A DNA stretch of 64,000 nt from a virus. The stretch is taken from positions 1 through 64,000 of the IMG/VR virus record IMGVR_UViG_3300032282_001564; one strand, 5' to 3'. The notes under the pieces are model-generated. The model ran no database searches. It worked only from the letters and a program-made list of their open reading frames with translations, and was not told the DNA's origin. The translations under genes were made by a program, and so were the position numbers. Of the stretch, positions 9,913-18,620 are shown piece by piece (within the stretch, counting starts at the first letter, position 1; every line of letters starts with the position of its first letter).

Positions 9913-9988
9913 TGGTACTATAAGTATCCCCGATTGTGTATGAATTATAGTAGTCTACTATAGTTTAAAACCATGGCCTAAATATTTT

Positions 9989-10010
9989 ACCGATAGCGAT
10001 ATCGGTTTTT
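9989..10010 (+). terminator. GNRA hairpin with T-run (terminator or 5' stabilising hairpin)
   Basis: ACCGATA-GCGA-TATCGGT followed by TTTT; TAAATA box immediately upstream (9979-9984). Confidence 0.5.
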
Positions 10011-10025
10011 AAAGGAGAACACAAG

Positions 10026-10259
10026 ATGGAAATTCTTGCAACTATAAAAAAATGGGCTAATACTTTGTCTGAAGTAGGACTTAGCGTCATTGCTTTAGCA
10101 ATCGTATTAGAAGTTTTATTTAAGGGTGTAGCTATCCCTTTCTTCCCAGCAGTCTCAGTAACAGCTAATGTTACATCAATCATTGCCGCAATTGGCAGTC
10201 AAGGGCTAGTAGGACTTGTAGCAATTTGGGTCTTATACGCTATTTGGAAAAACAAATAA
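10026..10259 (+). CDS. Small membrane protein with two hydrophobic segments
   Basis: SD AAGGAG; hydrophobic stretches VGLSVIALAIVLEVLF and GLVGLVAIWVLYAIW; basic C-terminus. Confidence 0.75.
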   Translation: MEILATIKKWANTLSEVGLSVIALAIVLEVLFKGVAIPFFPAVSVTANVTSIIAAIGSQGLVGLVAIWVLYAIWKNK

Positions 10260-10273
10260 TCAATATCAACTAG

Positions 10274-10334
10274 AAGAAAAGAAAAGTATGCATTTGCTCA
10301 GATGTATGTCTACCTGTGTATACTTTTTCTTTTC
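10274..10334. terminator. Long A/T-flanked inverted repeat between convergent transcription units
   Basis: GAAAAGAAAAGTATGCA ... TGTATACTTTTTCTTTTC arms. Confidence 0.5.
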
Positions 10335-10340
10335 ATTTCA

Positions 10341-10760
10341 AGACTTACTACGTAAGTCTATTGATTCGCTATCGCTCATCAATATGTTTTTCTTAGTATC
10401 ATCCAGATTAATCAGTCACACTTTGCCCGCTAAAGGGGCAAAATGAAATTGGCATCATCCGAGTAGCACAATCACTTAGCGTTACAACATTACAGAGGCG
10501 GTCGTCCGGTACCTCGAGTTGCGTCTTTATACGACGGCGGCACATATTCATACGCTAACACAAATATGTACGTAGGGTTTTTCTCCCTTCTTTTAGCCTT
10601 TATTAAAATTTTTCAAATAGCAAAACCGGTTCCGTAGGCGTATCCGATCATCGTCCTGTTAAGGATAGTTGCTAAGTGCTCTTTACAGCGAAGAGTCTTC
10701 CGTCCCTGCGATCCGCGATCCAGTTGTCATAGGCACACGAGTTTGACCTGTGCTAGTCTA
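10341..10760 (-). ncRNA. Candidate large structured ncRNA (or structured origin element) directly downstream of GIY-YIG-like gene
   Basis: No listed ORF; at least 10 stems; a 12-bp stem with four G-U pairs valid only on the minus strand; its loop TTAGCGT is complementary to ACGCTAA ~70 nt downstream. Confidence 0.6.
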
Positions 10761-11204
10761 TTACTGTGGACTTGGTGTCAGTTTGTTTTTGATGTGGGAG
10801 CCATGGACACGGACTTGAATATGTCCGTTATAGTAGTTGTCTGATTCTAATACTTTGTGTATGAATTGTTCACGAGCCTCAATATAGCTACATTCCGATT
10901 TACTGTTGCAATAAAATAATATTTCTCTGATAAAATTTTCTTTGCCTAGTGTTTCAACATCTTTGTTAAGTTCAATGTTTGAGCCATAATATTCTTGCCA
11001 GTCGCTGTCAACTTTGCTTCTGATCTTTTTCTTTTTCTTCTTACCATTTTTTAGTTTAACCATTTTATAAGTGGTTTTACTAAACTTAGCAAGTTTTTTG
11101 CCAATATACATCCTACCGGATACTTTATTTGTTATCAAATAAACAAATCCGATACAGTCTTCTGGTAATGTTTCTACTTGAGTGTGTTTGTAATGCCATG
11201 TCAT
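10761..11204 (-). CDS. GIY-YIG-like endonuclease
   Basis: GFVYLITN...MYIGKK, YYGS, FIREIL, conserved Glu and YYN; Lys-rich insertion. Confidence 0.75.
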   Translation of the reverse strand: MTWHYKHTQVETLPEDCIGFVYLITNKVSGRMYIGKKLAKFSKTTYKMVKLKNGKKKKKKIRSKVDSDWQEYYGSNIELNKDVETLGKENFIREILFYCNSKSECSYIEAREQFIHKVLESDNYYNGHIQVRVHGSHIKNKLTPSPQ

Positions 11205-11233
11205 GCATAACTAGTTATGACTTTTGACATAGA

Positions 11234-11677
11234 TTACAAATTTTTCTCGTAGATCCAACCTAAATTCTGTGTACGGTGTATCCAAGTAAATATTGGAGTT
11301 TCAAATTCTAATACCCATTCGCCGTTCCATCCCAAGTAATTACTTTTTAAAGGTAATCTATCAATTGGGTAATATGTTGCTTGATGCATAAAATCGTCTA
11401 ATTTATATCCTTCAATTTCAATTGGGTGTATATAAATTGCTTTGTCTTTGGTAATACTACCGTTTTCTACTACAGTATCTGCGTCAGTTTTGTTAACTAG
11501 ACCCACTTGTAATTTGTGTAATCCGTCGTCTAAATCGACGTCAAAGTGATAGGTTAACTGTTCGCGTAGTGAGCCTTGATCCTGTAGCTCGCCGTCAATT
11601 TTAATATAAAATACGGGCCATACATCATCGTACCCTTTAGGCTCAACAGTTAAATCAAATTTTAATTTAGTAGCCAT
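11234..11677 (-). CDS. Hypothetical protein coupled to radical SAM gene
   Basis: 147-aa ORF overlapping the end of upstream rSAM gene. Confidence 0.7.
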   Translation of the reverse strand: MATKLKFDLTVEPKGYDDVWPVFYIKIDGELQDQGSLREQLTYHFDVDLDDGLHKLQVGLVNKTDADTVVENGSITKDKAIYIHPIEIEGYKLDDFMHQATYYPIDRLPLKSNYLGWNGEWVLEFETPIFTWIHRTQNLGWIYEKNL

Positions 11678-12971
11678 ATTTTTTAAAATAGTCAGTTAGC
11701 ATGGGAAAAGCATTGATTACGCTAGTACCACGTAGTTTGTCTAGCTGTTTAAATTTTGTAACAGATTCCTGTGCTAGTTGTTCATCAATAGTGCAGGCAT
11801 TTAAACTATTAATTGCCGCTTGTATTTCTTTTACTAGATTTTCTAATACGTATGTTTTGTTTCTAAAGTTAGTTAATCCAACTGTGCGATTTTCTAACAA
11901 TGGTTTATAACGAGCTAGTTGTTTTTTAAACTTGTCCTGTAACTCTGCTTTGATATCATTGGGCAACAATTTAATTTGTTGCCACGTTGGATCTGTAGCA
12001 AAATAACTGTTTAACAAAAAGTTATTATCATAGCACCAGTCTATTATACGGTCGTATTCGGTAATAGTCAAAAGCGTAGGTACAGTACGGATAACAAAAT
12101 CAACATTATCCGGAGCCGATGTTCTAAATGTATCTATGTTGCTGAGTATAGTATCTATGTTACCGCCATAGCGTACATAGTTGTTTGACTTACTGAGTGT
12201 TTCGACACTCATACCAATTTCAACTCGCTTAAACTTAGATAACTTTAACCACAAATGATCCAGTGAGTGCATACAGTTAGTGGTAAAACTAAAACTAAAA
12301 TCTGTATGATGTTTTAAAAAGAACATGTCAATTAACTGACCAAATCGTTTGTTAATTGCTGGCTCTCCGCCAATAATATGTAAACTAACTAATTTTGTTT
12401 TTAGTATAGTTTCACAAAACGTTTGCCATATAGCATCATCATCGGTCCAGTTAAGTCTACGAGCATCAGATGCCCAACCTAGATCCTTATAGTCACGTGC
12501 TAACTTATAACTAGCGTTTGGACTACACATAATACAGGCCATGTCGCATTCGTTGCCTAGGCTCAAATGATAACTAACTGGCCGTGTTACAGTAGCACCA
12601 TCATTGGCTAGGCTGTATTCAAATGCGGCTCTGTGAGGGCTTTGTTCAAAGCTCTTGTTAAAGTTACGATCGTAAAAGATAACACTCTTTAGGTTTTCTT
12701 TAATACGCTTACTATGATTACCTATCGAGTCTTGATACTGACATACCCCGCAGGCAGGATTAGGCACGTCTGACATTTTGCTTAATCGCTCATCACGTAG
12801 TCTGCGACTTTGCCAGTAATCATCGATAGGGTAGTTGCGTATGTTCCATTCTTTGGCGTCTTCAGTTTGTGTAATTAAACTACTCATACAGCCGCAGAGA
12901 TCGTAGCTACCATCGTGATTGATGTGTAGCTCGTACCAGGGTATGTTACAAAATATATCTTTATTCGGCAT
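11667..12971 (-). CDS. Radical SAM protein with N-terminal twitch/SPASM-like Cys cluster
   Basis: CDMACIMC, GGEP; N-terminal C..PW...CGC...CGVC. Confidence 0.9.
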   Translation of the reverse strand: MPNKDIFCNIPWYELHINHDGSYDLCGCMSSLITQTEDAKEWNIRNYPIDDYWQSRRLRDERLSKMSDVPNPACGVCQYQDSIGNHSKRIKENLKSVIFYDRNFNKSFEQSPHRAAFEYSLANDGATVTRPVSYHLSLGNECDMACIMCSPNASYKLARDYKDLGWASDARRLNWTDDDAIWQTFCETILKTKLVSLHIIGGEPAINKRFGQLIDMFFLKHHTDFSFSFTTNCMHSLDHLWLKLSKFKRVEIGMSVETLSKSNNYVRYGGNIDTILSNIDTFRTSAPDNVDFVIRTVPTLLTITEYDRIIDWCYDNNFLLNSYFATDPTWQQIKLLPNDIKAELQDKFKKQLARYKPLLENRTVGLTNFRNKTYVLENLVKEIQAAINSLNACTIDEQLAQESVTKFKQLDKLRGTSVINAFPMLTDYFKKYGY

Positions 12972-13950
12972 TTTTACACTTTAGTTTACAAATGTCCAAT
13001 GGTGCTATTTCAAAACGTGTGTACATTTCTGCCCACAGTGGATCATCTAATATTTCTGTTAATGTACGTGACTTAATGTTTAATCGTTCTCGGTGCTTTT
13101 CAAAGAAATCGTTTTCCAGGTAGCCCGAGTTAAACCAAGGACAAGGAAACACATAGCCATCTACATTAATAAACATTGGTATGTCCCAATTAGCACAGCG
13201 AGCCCATTCATGTCGATCGCGTTTATTGTAGAATACTACAGGAATACGACTGTTTAATTTTTCCTGTAGTACTTGGTACTTGCCTATGGCTACATAGCCG
13301 CCTACAGGTTTTAGTGGATCTACGCCGTTGATGGTGTACTGATTATCAAACTTTGTACTCAGCACAGCTTCAAATGTATCAAAGCCTAAGTCACGTGCTA
13401 GATCTTGCATCCATGGCATCTTATCTTCGTTAAATTTAAAATAAATTGCCGACCAATTCATTTGTGCTTTTGTGACACGTCTTAATGCACGAGCCCCTGC
13501 AACGATACTATTAAAATCGCTATTAACTCTGTACTGTTCGTTGCTGGCTTGATCCCATCCGTCGACACTAAATGTAATCTTATCGTTGGTACGCAAATAC
13601 ATACCTAATTCTTGCCACCATGCTTCGGGCTTGTAACTACCATTGGTAACGATCACTAGGCTAACATTAAATCTAGCTCGTTTAATATATTCTATAATAG
13701 GCAAAAAGTCTCGAGCGTATATAGGATCACCTATGTCGCCACAGAAAGTTATTTCCTGTATTTCTTTTAGTAGTTCGGGGCTAAAGGCACGCTGAAACTC
13801 TAGTAAACTAATTTCTCTATTAAGATTATCTGGATTTAATTCCGTACGAGGACAACGTGGACATTTTAGTGTACACTTAGAACTTAGCTCAATGTGTATA
13901 CGCTTGTGGCTAAGTAATTTCGATGTCGGTGTTGTAACTTGTAAATCCAT
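12961..13950 (-). CDS. Radical SAM protein with C-terminal SPASM/twitch-like domain (start uncertain)
   Basis: CTLKCPRC, CGDIGDP, TNGS, SVDG; C-terminal C...G.VFPCPW...C...C. Confidence 0.88.
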   Translation of the reverse strand: MDLQVTTPTSKLLSHKRIHIELSSKCTLKCPRCPRTELNPDNLNREISLLEFQRAFSPELLKEIQEITFCGDIGDPIYARDFLPIIEYIKRARFNVSLVIVTNGSYKPEAWWQELGMYLRTNDKITFSVDGWDQASNEQYRVNSDFNSIVAGARALRRVTKAQMNWSAIYFKFNEDKMPWMQDLARDLGFDTFEAVLSTKFDNQYTINGVDPLKPVGGYVAIGKYQVLQEKLNSRIPVVFYNKRDRHEWARCANWDIPMFINVDGYVFPCPWFNSGYLENDFFEKHRERLNIKSRTLTEILDDPLWAEMYTRFEIAPLDICKLKCKNAE

Positions 13951-15679
13951 TTTCTTTAACTACGTGTAGTGTATTGTTTACACGACCCGCTAGTTCATCT
14001 TTGTGCGATACTAACCATACACTCTTGTTAGATTCGCGACTCATCTTTTTAAGGACAGCCAACGAGTTTTCTACACCTGAGCTATCCATACCAGAATCTA
14101 CTAGTTCGTCAATGAACAACAAGTTAATAGGTTGATAAAGACTTTCCCATACATCACGGAAAGCCCATGATAAACTTAAGATAAGTCTATTACGTTCACC
14201 ACGCGATAGGTTATCAAAGTCTAAATCTCTGCCTAGTTCAGTAATGGCTACAGTCAAGTCGTTGTTAAACTTAACGGTGTGTGGTAAGCCAATACGATCT
14301 AGGTACTGCCCTAAACGTGCATTTAAGTAACTTAAATTTTGATCAATAATACGTTTACGAATAAACGAATCTTTGTTGGTTAATAGTTTTAGTAGGAAGT
14401 CTTGGTGTTCTTTTAAATTAGTTAAATCGTTCATTTCGCTATAACTAATTTCTTCGAGTCCTTTTTCCTGCATCTCAACAATTTGTTCGGCATAAGGATC
14501 TGCTTCGGCAACCTTTAGCTCAATTTGCTGTTGTAAATTTGTTACTGTACTACGATGATGGATAGCATCTTCTTCTTTGTCGTAGAACGTTTCAGGTTTA
14601 GTACCTAATTCGCCTAGCTCTCGTAATGCATCAGTTAACTCCATCCACTGACCATTAGTAGCCAGTGCTTGTAATGCGGCTTCCTGTAGCTCTTTCTTTT
14701 TGCCGGTTAAAACAGATTCGTGTTTTTCGTCGTGCAGTTCCTGCCCACAGGCGTGACACTTATGGTCCTCAAGTGCCGCGATTTCTTTTTTGAGCTTTTC
14801 AATAAGTTTAGTTTCACGTACTTCGTCCTGTTCGCATCGTGAAATATAGGATGATAAATCAGTGATATCTTTCTTCTTTGACTTATATTCAGCAAGAGCC
14901 TTATGTGCCGCAATTTCTGCATCAATATCAATTTTGAGTAACTGATCGAGAGCGGTTTGTAACTTCCCTGTATCTTCAGCATGTTTTTTAACCCATTGTT
15001 CTTGTCTACGTTTTAAACTTTCAATTTGTTCTTCAATGCGTTTGTTAGCATCACCAACTGCTTTAATACGAAACTCTTCTTTGGTAATAGCATCCTTAGT
15101 GGCTTTGTTTAATTCTTTTAGTCGTTCAGCTTTTTCACTAAGCAATGTAATGCCCAATAGCTGTTCAATGATAGTACGCTGATCATTAGCTTTAAGTGCC
15201 AGAAACGGTTCTGTGTAGGTGTTAAGTGCTACAATATGTTTGAACATATCGTGACTCATACCCAACATACGTTCAATGTCTTGTTGTGTTTCTCTGCTGT
15301 CGCCCTGTGCGTCGTCGGTAATTTCTTTTTCTTGATCACCGACCCAAAACTTCATAATGCCGGGCTTGCGGCCACGTTCAATACGATAAGTTTCTCCGTC
15401 CTTTTCAAAATCAATAGTAACCATCATGTTCTTTTGGTTAGTCTTATTGATTAAGTTATCCTTCTTGATATTAGTAAGAGCATTGCCGTACATAGCATAG
15501 CTAAGGGCATTGATAATAGTAGTCTTACCTGTGCCGTTACGAGCACCAGAGTCGTCACCACCTAAGTCTAAGTTTTCACCCAGAACTAAAGTTAAATCGC
15601 GCCGATCAAAATCAATTGCTTGTGTAGTGTTACCTACACTCATAAAGTTTTTAACGGTTAGAGTTTTTATTTTGAACAT
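13910..15679 (-). CDS. gp46: Recombination endonuclease ATPase subunit (gp46 / SbcC / Rad50-like)
   Basis: Walker A NGTGKTT, zinc hook CHAC, signature LSRGE, Walker B LLFIDE, SH switch. Confidence 0.95.
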   Translation of the reverse strand: MFKIKTLTVKNFMSVGNTTQAIDFDRRDLTLVLGENLDLGGDDSGARNGTGKTTIINALSYAMYGNALTNIKKDNLINKTNQKNMMVTIDFEKDGETYRIERGRKPGIMKFWVGDQEKEITDDAQGDSRETQQDIERMLGMSHDMFKHIVALNTYTEPFLALKANDQRTIIEQLLGITLLSEKAERLKELNKATKDAITKEEFRIKAVGDANKRIEEQIESLKRRQEQWVKKHAEDTGKLQTALDQLLKIDIDAEIAAHKALAEYKSKKKDITDLSSYISRCEQDEVRETKLIEKLKKEIAALEDHKCHACGQELHDEKHESVLTGKKKELQEAALQALATNGQWMELTDALRELGELGTKPETFYDKEEDAIHHRSTVTNLQQQIELKVAEADPYAEQIVEMQEKGLEEISYSEMNDLTNLKEHQDFLLKLLTNKDSFIRKRIIDQNLSYLNARLGQYLDRIGLPHTVKFNNDLTVAITELGRDLDFDNLSRGERNRLILSLSWAFRDVWESLYQPINLLFIDELVDSGMDSSGVENSLAVLKKMSRESNKSVWLVSHKDELAGRVNNTLHVVKENGFTSYNTDIEIT

Positions 15680-15687
15680 AGATTTTT

Positions 15688-15716
15688 ATTATACACTAGT
15701 TACCACAATGATGCAA
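15688..15716 (-). promoter_or_regulatory. sigma70-like promoter for gp46
   Basis: TTGCAT-17 bp-TATAAT, 8 nt before ATG. Confidence 0.6.
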
Positions 15717-16556
15717 ACAAACTGGTCTTGGTTGATTGCCTAATTCCTCTTTGATATTTGGTAAGTTAGCAAAGTTACTTTCTGATAAACGAGTATTCAT
15801 GTAACAGCAAATAGATACGCTTCCGTTGGCGTTAATATAATAACTAGACTGTGTTAAGTGCTGGCAATTAGATTCTTGTACTTGTGTACGATTCTTTTCG
15901 TATTTGTTTACAATTTGATCACGACTCCACGGCTCAATTGAATATGCAGTACCATTCTTATAATTACGTGGTGTAAAGTTTTTCCTTACTCCTCGAATGA
16001 GTTCAAATCGTTTAAAACCCAACTGCTGACTCATTCGAATACAATCCTTAATTTGATGCTCGTTGTGTGCCCAAGGAATAAACTGCCAAACAGCATGTCC
16101 ACCTGCTCCAATAAAAGCCTGAGCATTTTTAATAATTGTATCAAAGTCCGTTGCTTGCCTGTAGATACTGTGTGTATCAGCTAAGCCATCAAGACAAAAC
16201 CAAACTTCATGATCTGTGCCACGCAAAAAATTAGCATAATCTTTCCACCAAGCAGTGGTACGTAAACTGCCATTGGTTCTTACAATGATCTTTTTAGCAT
16301 ACCGTTTGGTTATCTGTGTAAGCTCAAGAATGTTTGCGGCCGCTATAGCATCTCCATAAGTGCCACAAAAATCTACAGTGGTTAAATTTTTAAAATTCTC
16401 TAATAATTGTTGATATCGGTTGGTATCTAAATCTTCGACTACTAAATCATCGGCTAACTCATACCCGCCCTTGTTTCTTCCGCAACCCGGACACCAAGCA
16501 TTACATTTGGTTGTAGCTTCTACTTGCAACCATTTGACATTGTCTTGATTGAGCAA
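15696..16556 (-). CDS. Radical SAM protein inserted between gp47 and gp46
   Basis: CNAWCPGC, CGTYGD, TNGS, LDG; C-terminal CQH...ICC...CLHHC. Confidence 0.88.
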   Translation of the reverse strand: MLNQDNVKWLQVEATTKCNAWCPGCGRNKGGYELADDLVVEDLDTNRYQQLLENFKNLTTVDFCGTYGDAIAAANILELTQITKRYAKKIIVRTNGSLRTTAWWKDYANFLRGTDHEVWFCLDGLADTHSIYRQATDFDTIIKNAQAFIGAGGHAVWQFIPWAHNEHQIKDCIRMSQQLGFKRFELIRGVRKNFTPRNYKNGTAYSIEPWSRDQIVNKYEKNRTQVQESNCQHLTQSSYYINANGSVSICCYMNTRLSESNFANLPNIKEELGNQPRPVCLHHCGN

Positions 16557-17573
16557 TTACAAGTTCCTATATATGTCCAGTAGTAGGTTTTTGTTAAACT
16601 GTTGACTATCAATACTGTTAAGTTGACCAAATACAATTTGATCCACAGATTCAAAATTGATATTGCCTTGTATTTCGTAATCAGTTAAGTCTGTTACTTT
16701 GGCTGGAATAAGTGTAATTTCACGTAGCTTATACGTGTCAATAAATGTTTCTTTAATAAAGGTAGCTTCTTCATAGCTGATATCAATATCTAAATTAACC
16801 CTTACGTGCATATTGGGTTTAAGCATGACTTCAGTATGCTTTAGCACATCACTTAATTGGAACACACGATACATAGGTTGATCAGGCCAAGCATAATATA
16901 CTGGTGCTTTGCCCCATTCAATAATAGCCAGACCCCTGTCGTCATCGCCGGCGTCGGCATAGTTGTGCGGGAAACAATTACCGATATAGGTAATGTTTCT
17001 TTGAGTTTGTCGTTTGTGGAAATGGCCTGTAAATACATGCTCAAATCCCTGCATATCGTTGCCGGTAATTTCACCGTGATCCGGCATAGCAACCATAGCG
17101 TTCATTAAATAGCCGGGCAATTCAAAATGCCCAAACATATACTTGCCTTTGAGCTTCTTTAGCTTTTTATGGTCGTCTCCGACAAGCCACGGAGCAATAG
17201 TGACATCGCCAATAGTAGTCCAATCGTTACAGATATGGATGTTAGTAAGGTGTTTGGCCCACTCCACACTTTGTACATCACGCTTGTCACGATAATACAA
17301 ATCATGGTTACCTGGAATAAAGAATGTTTGACTAAAGTTTTCATTGAGATGCTCCAACGCCTGTAAGCTATATTGTAGTGTTAAGATATTAATACTAGCA
17401 CGATTATTATGCCAGTCACCCAGAAACAATGCAGTTTCGCATCCTTCTTCTCGGGCTTTGGCAGTAGCCCATTTAACAAAATTTAGACAATCGTCGTTAT
17501 GGGCTTGGCTATTAGATTTTAGGCCGAAATGTATGTCTGTAAAGACAGCGGCCTTCTTAAAAAGGTTAGTCAT
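16557..17573 (-). CDS. gp47: Recombination endonuclease nuclease subunit (gp47 / SbcD / Mre11-like)
   Basis: Metallophosphoesterase motifs DIHFG, LGDW, GNHD, GH, GHFH. Confidence 0.95.
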   Translation of the reverse strand: MTNLFKKAAVFTDIHFGLKSNSQAHNDDCLNFVKWATAKAREEGCETALFLGDWHNNRASINILTLQYSLQALEHLNENFSQTFFIPGNHDLYYRDKRDVQSVEWAKHLTNIHICNDWTTIGDVTIAPWLVGDDHKKLKKLKGKYMFGHFELPGYLMNAMVAMPDHGEITGNDMQGFEHVFTGHFHKRQTQRNITYIGNCFPHNYADAGDDDRGLAIIEWGKAPVYYAWPDQPMYRVFQLSDVLKHTEVMLKPNMHVRVNLDIDISYEEATFIKETFIDTYKLREITLIPAKVTDLTDYEIQGNINFESVDQIVFGQLNSIDSQQFNKNLLLDIYRNL

Positions 17574-17579
17574 CGTTCT

Positions 17580-17608
17580 AGTATAGAGAGTTTATTGGAA
17601 AAACTCAA
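17580..17608 (-). promoter_or_regulatory. sigma70-like promoter for gp47 (likely leaderless transcript)
   Basis: TTGAGT-17 bp-TATACT, 6 nt before ATG, no SD. Confidence 0.55.
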
Positions 17609-17620
17609 ACGACAATTTGC

Positions 17621-18508
17621 TCAATCGTCGTAACCACCATCGCTTGTAGATGGGCCTCGACTCATACCCTGACGTGTATAAGATGGAGTTAGGTTGTTCA
17701 TTTCTAAAATATCATCTCGCAAATTTTGATTGCGTTTCTCGATGTTAAGAACACGAGTGAAGCTATTAGTAATAGCGGCAGTATAGTATGCAAATGGATT
17801 TTGACTTTTAGACTCATCAAACTGTAGACCTATTTGTGATAATTGTAGTAGTGCTTGACTACGCATTTCGTCATTATAAGTATAACCACGCCAGTTTGAA
17901 CGGGTAGCATAACGCTCACAGAGTTTGATAAACATATGAGCTAGTTTTGGAGTCATCTTACCGTGGTCACGACTAAACTGTCCAGTTTTGATATCTCCCC
18001 TCCAATGGCTACGTCCTACGCAAATAGGATTGCCTTCTTCGTCAACTTTGTAGTGTTCAAATGGAGGAAAGTTTACTTTGACATATTTGGTGTTTTGGCT
18101 AATATCAACTACGCTGTCAGGGTCATCATATTCAGAAGTTGGAATACCTTCTTCTTCCATGGCCTTTAAAGCGGCTTTGCGTGATTTAGCATCGTCGACG
18201 GGAATATGATCCCATGTCATTACACGAAATACTACTTCGGTATCTTTGACGTCTTTGAGTTTGATTTCAAATTCATCTAGTTTTTGTTTAATACCAGTTT
18301 CAGCTAATGCGGCTTCGTGTGCCAATTTAGCTAAACGCTCAGCTCGATTTTTTCGAGCTTGCAATATATTTTTTTTGTTTATTTTAGCAACGTCCGGGAC
18401 AATCATGTCATAATCGGAGTCTTTAATATCTGAAAAATAGCAGTATGTTGTTTTGCTTTTGTGAATCTCTTTGAGAATGTCTTTGTTGTTAAGATAATTA
18501 TGGCGCAC
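17621..18508 (-). CDS. gp55: Late-transcription sigma factor, T4 gp55-like
   Basis: NYLNNKD, NWRGYTYNDEM, FDESKSQNPFAYYT motifs; upstream of gp47/gp46 as in T4-like phages. Confidence 0.9.
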   Translation of the reverse strand: MRHNYLNNKDILKEIHKSKTTYCYFSDIKDSDYDMIVPDVAKINKKNILQARKNRAERLAKLAHEAALAETGIKQKLDEFEIKLKDVKDTEVVFRVMTWDHIPVDDAKSRKAALKAMEEEGIPTSEYDDPDSVVDISQNTKYVKVNFPPFEHYKVDEEGNPICVGRSHWRGDIKTGQFSRDHGKMTPKLAHMFIKLCERYATRSNWRGYTYNDEMRSQALLQLSQIGLQFDESKSQNPFAYYTAAITNSFTRVLNIEKRNQNLRDDILEMNNLTPSYTRQGMSRGPSTSDGGYDD

Positions 18509-18533
18509 CTTTAATTCCTTGTTAAGTTAGCAC

Positions 18534-18563
18534 ATACTAACATATTTAATCAAGTATGGTCAA
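18534..18563 (-). promoter_or_regulatory. sigma70-like promoter for gp55 with embedded TAAATA box
   Basis: TTGACC-18 bp-TAGTAT with TGn extension; TAAATA at 18543-18548. Confidence 0.45.
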
Positions 18564-18620
18564 CCTCTTTTTAAAACTTGTTAATTATCTACCCATATTA
18601 TTATAGTAATAAATACTGTT

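Noticed and set aside
10341-10760. tRNA, tmRNA, RNase P RNA or group I intron identity for the structured region
   Set aside because: No cloverleaf or T-loop/CCA end, no RNase P GAGGAAAGUCC core, no clear P7 elements and no interrupted flanking gene; left unassigned.
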